Positions 23,271 to 36,095 of a DNA stretch of 64,000 nt are shown one piece after another (within the stretch, counting starts at the first letter, position 1; every line of letters starts with the position of its first letter). The stretch lies in contig OZ210885.1 in assembly GCA_964658305.1 (NCBI GenBank), positions 2,976,001 through 3,040,000 of the forward strand. The letters are read 5' to 3'. A model generated the notes under the pieces. That model was not told the DNA's origin. It saw only the letters and a program-made list of their open reading frames with translations, and did no database searches. The stretch is from Leptogorgia sarmentosa (Eukaryota). The translations under genes were made by a program, and so were the position numbers.

Positions 23271-26200
23271 CAGAAAATGAAAGATAACCGATTCAGACGG
23301 TTTTTCTTTGTAAACCATAGCAGTATTTATTAGTATATAAATATTATAAGGTTGGCAAGTAAACAATAATGTGACTTACTACGGCTTACTAAAACAAGTC
23401 GAAAAAATCAACGTCTTGCCAACAAACGTCGCTAAAAAATAGCAGCCCCTACTTCTAGGATAGTGTTACTAAATACATACAACGTTGAACGTTTTTTGGC
23501 AACAAAACGAGTGAAAAAGTCGAAAAAATACGAAAAATTTCTTTCAATTTGCCGTGTCTCGAAGCTGGATGCCTTCTGACATCGCTGACGCGATCTTTTG
23601 TCGGTTTATTTATAACGAAGACAATGACGAAGACAATGACGAAGACAATGACGAACACTTCTGTCGTGATACTTTTGTTGGCTTCACTTTTCGCTCTATG
23701 TTATCGTTCCAGATATAATATATAGAGTTCACTGATAATCCCCCTGTGGATTCATGTGATTCGTCATCATTCCATGACAGCACTTGCTCCGTCCTCATGG
23801 TATTTACCACTGACCAGGCTCAAATCTGAGCCCACTGCCGTTTTCACACCCCTGTCTGCGAGACTGCGTGCGCAGATACAAAAATATGGTTTGATTCCTC
23901 CACCCTCAAAAAATTGTACTGTTCCCCAGAATTAAGACAATCGGAAGAAAGGACAGACACCAGGGGCCGGTTGTATCAAAGGCGTCAAGCTTAAGCGCTG
24001 GATAAGTCGAAAATATCCAACGAAATTATGAAGTATTGACTACAAGGAAACTAAACTTTTCTGTGTAAACATAACAACTATGCATAGAGATAGAACTACA
24101 CATTTAGTTGATAAAATTTAAATTCAATTATTTACAAAATGAATAGAAGTGTTTTTAAAATTTTGCTTATCCACCGTTTAAGCTAAACGTCTTTGGTACA
24201 ACCGGGCAGAACGCGAGCACATGGATTATGGAAATCGATGAGCAAAAACATGCGCGCGCAGCACAAATTATTGTTCGACCGCACCCCTCATTTTCTAAAA
24301 TGACCTGGAGGTTGCGAAATCCCCCCGGAATTATCATCCGGACAGAAACAAATCGAGATTTCGACTATACATAGTACCGCGCAAAAGACTGGGTCGAGTG
24401 AACTCTGGGAAATCCTTGTGACGTCAAGAATAGTGTGCTGACTCGCTGGCGCTCGGCAGCAATGAAACTGAAAACGTATTGTGACTTGTCAAGGACTACA
24501 GTTTACGGAGGCAAACATTCTCGACAGTTCCACTGGTTGCCTCCGGATTCTTTCGTCTTCCGGTTTCTGTGAAAAGAGTTCATCAACATATTTACTTACT
24601 TAGCATTTTGATAAAGAAATGTATCTTCAAAAACGTGTTAATTTGATAATATAGTTCCAAGCAACACAACCTTCACAACCTAACCTATATCAACTGATTT
24701 CATTGTTATCTCATACCGGGTAACTATTGAAATCCGCTAGTTTGTCAGAGCCGCCGCGCTCTTTTCCTTTTAAACTGATGGAAAACTATCACATCACACT
24801 AGTTTGAACTTTGCCTGATTTACATGCATGTTTTAAAGACATGCATGAGTGTTGGTTAGACTATTCTGCCTTAACTTAAGTCATGACAAACGATCGATTT
24901 TTCTTCACGTTTAATCTCTCTTTTAAAAGCAAAACGAATCTATCTTTTAATACGACGCCCGAAAAAATAGTCCCCGCCCCTTATACCAATGTCAAATATT
25001 CACTTCCGGTTATCCGTGATTGTAGTAAATGAATGACGTATCATTGACATTTGAGAACACTACCATATTAGGATGCATGCAAGGATGATAGACACTAAGG
25101 CACTAGTTACAGTGATAGATGTATTCTGGAGTAAAGCTTTGTGGTTAAATAATAAATATAAATAACGTAAAGGATATAATTATATTACAGTGATTTAAAA
25201 TATTATATAAAAAATATCAATTTTTACATCCTTTACAACGAGTATTATTATAAGAACCAGGCAATGGATGAGCTATTATAAAGCTATATATACATTTTAC
25301 TTGTTTTTAAATCTACCACTCGCATATCACGGGCTGGAAACCGTGGTATTTGAAATTCAAAGAAATTCAAAAATTCGGTGCATCTCAATTCACGAGACTC
25401 AGTACGAAGGTCAAGACATAATTGCTCGTTTTTTTTTACCCCATTCTTTTTTTTAAAGGTAGGCGTGCTCTACTCTTCTTAGTGTTTCCCGTAGAAATAT
25501 ATAATTTGTAACCCTTCTCGGACAAATATATTTTGCCAAGGCAAAAAAATTGTCCTGAGCACATGATGCGGGACATCGTATTGGCGCAGATGGTGTTGCT
25601 TGGTAGGGCTCCTGAGAAGTGGAGAAGAAAATGTTATTAAAATTACTTTTCAATCAATCACATTACTCACCAAAATATCATATATTCACATTTTTGAATT
25701 GCTAAATTTGAACTCACCTTTTGTTCTTCTCCAGTTTGTCCTTTGGAATTTTCCATGTTTTCCACTGGTCGCCTCCGGTTTTGTTCTTCATATCTGTAAA
25801 GAGAGTTCATCGAAATATTTATTACTTGGCATTTTGATAAACACATTTATCTTCAAAACACAACCCTCACAAATAAAGCAACCTTCCAAACTATCAACCG
25901 ATTTATTGTACATATCGCATACCGGGTAATGATTGAAATCTATATTTAATGTACAGACTGCGTGCACGATAGTTAATGATTTAAGAAAACAAACTGACTG
26001 CTCATTACAATTTAGTGATTTAAAAGCAATTAATGGGATCAAACGATCAAACGATCTTCTCGCCCGTATTTACAGGTCCGTAACTCCATCATTCCTTAGA
26101 ATGAGTGACAGATGAAAAAGAGGCCACTGAGTAAACAACTACCAAGGTGTAAACATATCACACTAGTCTATCCCATGCACTCATGATGACATCATAGCTT

Positions 26201-29200
26201 ATAAAATACTTCGGAAGGTAATAATGACAAGTAAAACGAAAAGAGCATAAGTTTTCAAGCAGGTGTCTCTCCCTGCTTCTTCGTCGTTTTCTTCAAAGAA
26301 GAAAAATGCCTCAGCTCATGAAATTCAAATTCATTTGGAACATAATATTTGTGGAAAAATTGTCACCAATGCCGAGACAGTTTTAAAGTCTGTTACCCTG
26401 GACCCATTGACAGACAGATCTAAATGTCGGGAAAGGAAATTAAGCATAACATGCACCCTGTAAGCCGGAAAGACCTACCCATCAGGGATATGAGGATATC
26501 ATCAACTACGTGCATGCAGCAACGCTTCGCTAACATCAGTGAAAGAATGGGTCCATTTAGGCATCTATTGCAATCTACATCACATAAACATGTCAATACT
26601 AGGTAAAGTGCTGTCAGTGCGTTCTATTTGTTCCTAACAACTTGCTATTTGGAATTATTTTGTTTTTACACCTTTTATGGTCCTCTGCTCCATCCTTTAC
26701 GTCAGTCCCTCTATCTAATGCAGTCGGTTGTGCACCAATGTCTGTCGTTTCAGACAACCCTATAACACGTTCGGGAATCTAAAAACACAATTACTTTTGG
26801 TATAGTACTGATTCTATAAAAATTCCTAAAAAATGTTGGGGTGATAGCATAAAAAAGAACAATATAACAATAATGTGCGTTTTATGATGTTTGGTATATT
26901 CTAATTTTTTAAATTCCAATATTTTTTTGTATCCGCATAGATTTTGCGTTATGCTAACGTTTGCTTGTTTTTGCGTTAATTACATTATGATTCGTTAATA
27001 TTTAAAAATGATAAAAATACAGTCCTAAATTTACAAAAAAACATGAATTTACTGGTAAAAATATTGAATATTTATTTATTTATATGTACCTCCATATCTA
27101 AATCCACGTTGTCTTTGCGGTGCACTGGAGTTTTCTCACTCATAATTGCACCATTCTCAGAATCCCTCTCTTCGTTAGTATTTCTGTTTGTTGAATACTG
27201 AAGCTAAACGAAATGACATTTTCAGAACACAGAATTTCATTGACATCATTTCATCGGAACCATTCTGTCGTCCTATATTTGTAAATTTTAAGATAGTCTA
27301 GAAGTTGTTTTTGAAGAAGGTCAACGAACCGCACAATGTTCAAGACAAAATCCAGTGTTTTTTTATGATTGTCAATTACACCAAACAATTAAGAAATTAT
27401 TTGATGAGGTTTTTGTGATATGCGGAATTATCAAGGTCGAGGTAAGCCTTATAATCAGCCGAGCCGAATGTTTTATCATACATTTGAAGAATAATAAACA
27501 AAGTATTAACACATGAAAAACTTTATTTATGATATAAGCATAATAAGCATTGCATTTGTCTGTGTTAATTAAATAGATACCGCTTGCTAATCATCGCAGG
27601 CTCATTTTGCAGACAACTCAATCATCTGCTGGCAGATAACTGGATTTTCTGTAGGTTGCGTGAAGCTCTTAGCCAATCAAATTGCTATTACCAATTACAA
27701 TGTATAATAACTTAAGTTACATGCAAAATAATATACAGTTAGCATTGCATTTGTAAATACATCGATACTGTACGTACCTGCTTTAATCGTTGGTGTTTTT
27801 CAACGAGTATTTTATTTTGCTTTCTTAGCGTTGTTACCTCCTTACAGAAGATACAGAAAGATTGTCAGTAACAAATCACAAAATTCCTGCCACCCAATCA
27901 GTTATCAATGAGTTCGATTAATTGGTGCCAGTACCTAGTACGTACATTGATAAACTTCGAATTGGCTATCACTAATACCTAATGAACTAGCTCTTCCTGT
28001 TGAATGTAGTAATTCATGCTACTGTAATTTGTTTAAGTGTGTGTCAGAAAGTCAAGGTTTATATATACTTCTTTCACCTTTTGCAAATATATAACCAAAT
28101 CATGCTTTCCGACCATGCTCCTTAACCATGATCCTCAACCATGCCCTTGATCATGTTTCCTAACTAATGCTCTTTAACTGTGCTTTAACCAAAACTTACC
28201 GGGAATAATGTTCAAGACAAAATCCAGTATATGACTGTGCGCATGTTTTTTTATGAAAATAATTAAGAAATTATTTGATGAGGTTTTTGTGATATGCGGA
28301 ATTATCAAGGTCGAGGTAAGCCTTATCATCAGCCGAGCCGAATGTTTTATCATACATTTGAAGAATAATAAACAAAGTATTAACACATGGAAAACTTTAT
28401 TTGACGTATAGGTAATAGTATGGTTTCGAGTGCAATTTGGAATTAACATGCACGAGTGAGTTTTCCAAAGTCCTCAAAATAGCACGAGTCCGAAGAACGA
28501 GTGCTATTTGAGAGTTTTGAGGTCTTTGGAAAACTCACGAGTGTATGTTATCCAAATTGCACGAGAAACCATACTCTTACTTGTTAATAGTTTGCATAAA
28601 AGTATTTGAGACAATTGTAGTTTTAACTGTCTCAAAGCGAAATTTCACCGGCAGAGTTTTCTTGCTTAGTTTATTTCACATTTTACAGCGATAACGGTTT
28701 CAAAAATTCACCCAAACACGTAACTTTTGTTAGTCTTGTTGGAGATAAACTTTTTTCCGTCATAAGAAAAAGCTAAAAGCTATATTTTCGACTCTAATTT
28801 GATTGGTTGAAAGTGATAACAATTGCACCGTGATAACACAAAATTGCACTGTGATAACATGTGCACGAAATTTTCACACTGTGATTACACAAAATTGCAC
28901 TGTGATTACAGAAAATTGCACTGTGATTACACGAAATTGCACTGTGATTACAGAAAATTGCACTGTGATTACAGAAAATTGCACTGTGATAACACGAAAT
29001 TGCACTGTGATTACAGAAAATTGCACTGTGATTACAGAAAATTGCACTGTGATTACAAAAAATTGCACTGTGATTACAGAAAATTGCACTGTGATTTGGG
29101 ATTAACTGCACTGAAATGAACCAATTGGAGTCGAGTAATACTTTTATGTATATTAATAATGATATAATAAGCATTTGTCTGTGTTAATTAAATAGATACC

Positions 29201-31941
29201 GCTTGCTAATCATTGCAGGTTCATTTTGCAGACAACTCAGTCATCTGCTAGCAGATAACTGGATTTTCTGCATGTTGTGTGAAGCTCTTAGCCAATCAAA
29301 TTGCTATTACCAATTACAATGTATAATAACTTAAGTTACATGCAAAATAATACAGTTAGCATTGCATAAATTGTAAATACATCAATACTGTACGTACCTG
29401 CTTTAATCGTTGGTTTCCTTCAACGAGTATTTTATTTTGCTTTCTTAGCGTTGTTACCTCCTTACAGAAGATACAGAAAGATTGTCAGTAACAAATCACA
29501 AAATTCCTACCACCCAATCAGTTATCAATGAGTTCGATTAATTGGTGCCAGGCCTTGTTCGTAAACTTCCAATTGGCTGTGATCACTAATAGCTAATGAC
29601 CAGTAATTCTTGCTACTATAATTTGCAGTAACATTGTAAAATATGTGCTGGCTAAATACACTGATGCATGTCTCCTTTAATTCTTGGTTTTCTACTGTCA
29701 GTTGCCTTTGCAACTGTTCAACCTTCAGAAGAGACAGACAGTCAGATTGTTACAAATCACAAAACCCAATCACTCATCAATGAGTTCGATTAATTGGTGT
29801 TCAATGTAGGTAATTCTTGCTACTGTGCCTTAACCAAACCTTAATCATGCTTTCATTGTGCCTTTACCATACCCTTATCCTGCCATTACCGTGCTCCTTA
29901 ACTATGCTATTCAACCATGCTCATCAACCATTCTCCTTTAACCATTCTCCTTAACCATGCTTTAACTATGCCTTAATTGTACCTTAATCGTGCTGCTCAA
30001 CTATGCTCCTCAACTGTGCTCTTTAACCATGCTTATGAGTTATGAAACAACTCTCTAACAATGTTCCTTAATTTACCATGCCTTAACTGTATCCTAACCA
30101 TACCTTGACCATAATTTAACCGTCCCTTAATCATGCAAAAAACGGTGTCTCAACCATACCCATACTATGCCTTATAACCATCCCTTAACCGTACCTTCTT
30201 CACCATACCTTAACCATGCCTTAACAGTACCTTAACCATACCTTAACTATGCATAAATGAATAGAATGGGAGTGTTTGTGTTCTAGTTGGTGCGTAATGA
30301 TTCGATGATATTCAGCCCTATTAATATGCAATATAGCGATTAAATTGCCAAATATTCTGTACTGTAATGGATTACATATACTGAATCTATGTATTGACTA
30401 TTGACAGACTAAGATCGACGATCACAACATTCTTAGTACATAATTATATCATTACTTACATTAACCTTTTCCAAATCCATATGTCGCAAAAGACCTCTGG
30501 CAAAAGACAATGATATCTAAATAAATACAGACATATTCAAACAATTATCTGACATTATACATCAAAACGGAAATATTAAATTCCAAAATAATAATGAACC
30601 TCCTTAAACAGATAATGTTAATGTAATACTACTCCAATTACGCACTGTACTAACAATTCCAAAACTTCACACACAAAAATGTTTACAAATGACATTACAT
30701 GGGTTTTTTTCGTTTTTTTCTTCAATACTATCTTCAATATTATTTCGATTACTCAGCATAAAAATCAGTGATCAGCGATTCAGCGCTCTCACAACGAATT
30801 TTCAAAATTCCTTAGCGTGAGCTCCGGAATTCCTCAGATATTCCCAAAATTCCTTAAATGACTTGTTTATCCTTGCAACTACCCCCAAAGTACCCTGCAA
30901 TCCCGTTCTTTTGCCTCTTGTTTTAAAAACAAGACTCAAATAGTTTCAAAATCGTTAATAAACACAATTTGTGAGGTACCTGAGCTTACTAAAGTATATA
31001 CAAGATAAAATGGGATAGAATGAGCGACTTATCATCTCCTGAGCCGGACCGGAAGCGCACATTCGCGCAATTTATCAGAAACTATAATTATGTAAATTAA
31101 CTATAATCACCATTTTTTAAATTTTAGTTTGCTGTGACATGTGTTTCACAGGCATTTTACCACTAAGATAAAGAATTACCTTATTATTAATTAGTAATTC
31201 TTTAGCTCAGGGCATTTTACCAAAGGCTTTTCTCACTGAGCTAAAGAATTACTGGAGAGAGTGGCTTTTCTCGAAATATTAAAATTCCTTAGAAAATTCC
31301 TTAAAAATTGAACTCCTTAAAAAAATCCTTAAAACTTTGCTAAATTCCTATTTCTGAGGAAAAATCCTTAGAAGTGAGAGCACTGTCAGTGATAAAAATA
31401 TATATTCAAGCGCTGGGAAAATTGAGGAAAATTGAGGTGGAAAATTGCTGGAAAATTGAGGAAATTGCAACAGCTGGGAAATTTGTGGCGCATGCGCTAG
31501 ATTTGGCTTGCGTGGAATCCCACGAATAATGAACTCGCGCGCGAATTTCGAATGTCGTGGAAGCATAACAATAAGAAATTCCTATTCAAACTAATTAAAT
31601 ATTCATGATCCCGATGACGTCATTAGCAGTATATAATCCCCAGTGAACTCTATATAATAATATATATATCTGGAACGATAACATTCAGTCATTCAATGCG
31701 AAAAACGTGAAGCCTCGGTACTAGTCTTTTACGCGGTTTGGACGTCAGCCTCAGTCCCTCAAACGTCAAGTTTACGCGGTTTGGACGTCAGTTTCATTCC
31801 CCCTCTGCAAACCGTTACGCGGCCAGTATAAATGCGAACGCAATCAAGAAAAAAACATTTAAAAAATATCGCCAACGCAATGCAATACATTGTAGGAACA
31901 AACTGTTTTGCTCCTAAAATTTATCGCATTGCGTTCGCTGT
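23271..31941. repeat. Array copy 3 (8671 bp)
   Basis: Length accounts exactly: net -114 deletion, -63 VNTR, +607 MITE C, +8 scar, -1, -378 (no element B). Confidence 0.95.
30781..31385 (+). mobile_element. MITE C (605 bp)
   Basis: TIRs and tcagtgat TSD, with an extra cagcgatt at the left junction. Confidence 0.93.
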
Positions 31942-32078
31942 CAGAAAAAGAAAGATAACCGATTCAGACGGTTTTTCTTTGTAAACCATAGCAGTATTTA
32001 TTAGTATATAAATATTATAAGGTTGGCAAGTAAACAATAATGTGACTTACTACGGCTTACTAAAACAAGTCGAAAAAA

Positions 32079-35000
32079 TAGGTACACAACGTGTACATGT
32101 ATCTGCGTCTATATGTAGCTTGGTTACCAGCGATGTATAAAATGGTTTACAGCTAGGGAATAGGCGAATAGCGCAAATACTAATTTGTGAGGTTGTGCTT
32201 GGTTAAAACGTGAAACGTATTCAATACTTGATATAACCTTTCATGACTCGCATTCCGGAATTCGCGCGATCATCAAATTCCATAATGAATTTAAACTTGA
32301 CGAAATATGATATCGCATTTTATGCTATTGCGTCCTTAAAATATAGACAGCGCTTTGCGATTGTTTGTAAAAAATGTGGCTTTCTAAAAACCAAATTTAC
32401 TCTTTTCAAAACCATATTATAATAATATATTTATATACACTATATTCTATCCATTCATGCAGCATTTGCCTATGCGCTCAAGTGTATGATCGGTATGCGC
32501 GTAGGTTCAAAACGGAATACTTGAAACTATATATGATTTCGTTTGTTTTGTCTCGCGCTTAACAAACGCGTTTCATTACAAGCTACAAAATCTATATTCC
32601 TGGGATTGAATGTTTCAACCATTCTGTACAGTATGGCGAAGGGTCAAAATATAGTAGAAATTCCGTGATCACAATGACACCGCGGGTCCGCGTGCAGTCC
32701 AAACATGTACAAATATGTCAGTGCCGACACGCTAAAGTATCGTAGGGAAAATATACGAGCAATTTTGTCAAGACATAAACCTCTTTCAATCATAACGTGT
32801 ATAATATTCGCTCATTTCGCTGTGTGTGTTTAAGGTAATATAATGTATAATTTGCGTCATAATATTTCTGCTTTGATGATCTAAATTCCATAGCAAACCT
32901 CTTTAATATCTTTAAACTCAATGCCAATGTATGATTTGCGTCCTGATATTTTTGCGTATCTGCGTATAAATCTGCGGCACGCAGTGTCTCATTTCTATCC
33001 TACTTTTGATATCCGAACAACCCGTAAAACCTGCTGTAATTCTGTCATGTTTACACTTACCAGATCAAGATAGGTGTCCGTATAAAATGGCGACAAAAGT
33101 AGGATAGAAATGAGAAAAAAGTACAATATTTTAAACGATTTACCAAGCAAGCTTCGAAGTTCGGAGTATTTGCAAATGGCGGGACATCAGAAATCAGAAT
33201 CGACATGCGAAAAGCTCTGCTCTGATTGGCTACAAGCTAACAGCACGAATCTCTGATTGGCTAGAAGCTAACAGCACGAAGCTCTGATTGGCTGCAAGCA
33301 CGGTTACAGTTACATTTACAGTTACAACACGATAGCAATATATCTGCGTCACTACGTCACGCAGATACAAAAATAGGTACACAAAGTGTACATGTATCTG
33401 CGCCTATGTAGCTTGGTTACCAGCGATGTATAAAATGATTTATTGCCAGGAACAGGCGAATAGCGCAAATACTTATTTCTTTTTTGACGTGAGGTTTTGC
33501 ATGGTTAAGACGTGAGACGTATTCAATACTTGATATAAGCTTTCATGACTTCTCGCATTCCGGAATTCGCGCGATTCATATCAAATTGCATAATGAATTT
33601 AAACTTGACGAAATATGATATCGCATTTTATGCTATTGCGTCCTTAATACTTAATAGACAGCGCTTTGCGATTGTTTGTGAAAAATGTGGCTTACTAAAA
33701 ACCAAATTTACTCTTTTCAAAACCATATTATAATAATATATTTATATACACTATATTCTATCCATTCATGCAGCATTTGCCTAGACACTCAAGTGTATGA
33801 TGGGTATGCGCGTAGGTTCAAAACAGAATACTTGAAACTATATATGATTTCGTTTGTTTTGTCTCGCGCTTAACAAACGCGTTTCATTACAAGCTACAAA
33901 ATCTATTTTCCTGGGATTGAATGTTTCAACCATTCTGTATGGCGAAGCTTCAAAGTATAGTAGATATTCCGTGATCACAATGACAACGCGTGCAGTCCAA
34001 ACATGTGAATGTGTCAGTGCCGACACGCTAAAGTATCGTAGGGAAAATATACGAGCAATTTTGTCAAGACATAAACCTCTTCATAACGTGTATAATATTC
34101 GCTGTGCGTGTTTAAGATAAATTACCGTGTATTAAATACAATGTATAATTTGCGTCATGATATTTCTGCTTTGATGATCTAAATTCCATAGCAAACCTCT
34201 TTAATATCTTTAAAACAAGGCCGTCGGAAGCGGGGGGGCTGGGGGGGCTTGAGCCCCCCCAATAATTTTCACATGTACAAAAAAAACCCAAAACAAAAGA
34301 CTCAGACTAGAAAAAATGCGACCCTGATCTTCAGAATTCTAGAAAATGTACTTCTCAAAACGCTGGAAATCCTATTTTCGGGGATGCTAGATTTCAAAAT
34401 TTTCTACGTGGGGCATACCCCCAAGCAGCGCGAACGCCTTTGGCATTCGCCTAGTGCTCAGGCTTTTGGCGAGCCCCCCCAATGTATATTTGCTTCCGAC
34501 GGCCTTGTAAAAGCAATGCCAATGTATGATTTGCGTCGTGATATTTTTGCGTATCTGCGTATAAATCTGCGGCACGCAGTGTCTCATTTCTATCCTACTT
34601 TTGATATCCAAACAACCCGTAAAACCTGCTGTAATTCTGTCATGTTTACCCTTACCAGATCAGGATATGTCTCCGTATAAAATGGCGACAAAAGTAGGAT
34701 GGAAATGAGAAAAAAGTACAATATTTTAAACGATTTACCAAGCAAGCTTCGAAGTTCGGAGTATTTGCAAATGGCGGGACATCAGAATTCAGAATCGACA
34801 TGCGAAAAGCTCTGCTCTGATTGGGTACAAGCTAACAGCACGAAGCTCTGATTGGCTAGAAGCTAACAGCACGAAGCTCTGATTGGCTACAAGCACGGTT
34901 ACAGTTACAGTTACAGTTACAGTTACAGCTAACAACACGATAGCAATATATCTGCGTCACTACGTCACGCAGATACAAAAATAGGTACACAAAGTGTACA

Positions 35001-36095
35001 TGTATCTGCGCCTATGTAGCTTGGTTACCAGCGATGTATAAAATGATTTATTGCTAGAGAATAGGCGAATAGCGCAAATACTTATTTCTTTTTTGACGTG
35101 AGGTTGTGCATGGTTAAGACGTGAGACGTATTCAATACTTGATATAAGCTTTCATGACTTCTCGCATTCCGGAATTCGCGCGATTCATATCAAATTGCAT
35201 AATGAATTTAAACTTGACGAAATATGATATCGCATTTTATGCTATTGCGTCTTTAAAATAGAGACACTGAGACAGCGCTTTGCGATTGTTTGTGAAAAAT
35301 GTGGCTTTCTAAAAACCAAATTTACTCTTTTCAAAACCATATTATAATAATATATTTCCATGCGCTATATTCTATCCATTCATGCAGCATTTGCCCAGAC
35401 GCTCAAGTGTATGATCGGTATGCGCGTAGGTTCAAAACAGAATACTTGAAACTATATATGATTTCGTTTGTTTTGTCTCGCGCTTAACAAACGCGTTTCA
35501 TTACAAGCTCATTTCGCTGTGTGTGTTTAAGGTAATACAATGTATAATTTGCGTCATGATATTTCTGCTTTGATGATCTAAATTGCATAGCAAACCTCTT
35601 TAATATCTTCAAAAGCAATGCCAATGTATGATTTGCGTCGTGATATTTTTGCGAATCTGCGTATAAATCTGCGGCACGCAGTGTCTCATTTCTATCCTAT
35701 TTTTGATATCCAAACAACCCGTAAAACCTGCTGTAATTCTGTCATGTTTGCACTTACCAGATCAAGATAGGTCTCCGTATAAAATGGCGACAAAAATAGG
35801 ATAGAAATGAGAAAAAAAGTACAATATTTTAAACGATTTGGTCGCTTCGAAGTATTTACAAATGGCGAACATGAGACACGACGCCGCACGAAATCAACAT
35901 CGGAAATTATCGATATGCGAAAAGCTCTGCTCTGATTGGGTACAAGCTAACAGCACGAAGCTCTGATTGGCTAGAAGCTAACAGCACGAAGCTCTGATTG
36001 GCTGCAAGCACGGTTACGGTTACAGTTACAGTTACAGTTACAGTTACAAGACGATAGCAATATATCTGCGTCACTACGTCACGCAGATACAAAAA
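32079..36095 (-). mobile_element. Head-to-tail trimer of a Helentron-associated non-autonomous element (HINE/DINE-1-like)
   Basis: Units start at ~32079, 33374 and 34982. On the minus strand each has a T-run, 5' subTIR gtatctgcg with a nearby inverted copy, (gtaact)n microsatellite, 31-bp tandem repeats, 3' subTIR cgcagatac and a 3' stem-loop gtacac-NNN-gtgtac. Inserted in an A/T run that is empty in the other A copies. Confidence 0.85.
34216..34507. mobile_element. 292-bp MITE with a 5-bp TSD, inside the second HINE unit
   Basis: Perfect 16-bp TIR caaggccgtcggaagc; TSD taaaa; absent from HINE units 1 and 3. Confidence 0.9.

Larger units (their letters stand above)
21979..23734. mobile_element. 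MITE A copy containing element B and an inverted MITE C
   Basis: Same TIRs and ataatccc TSD. Confidence 0.9.

Noticed and set aside
34249..34680. 143-aa ORF
   Set aside because: Spans a MITE/HINE junction and is not open in the sibling HINE units; a chance frame.
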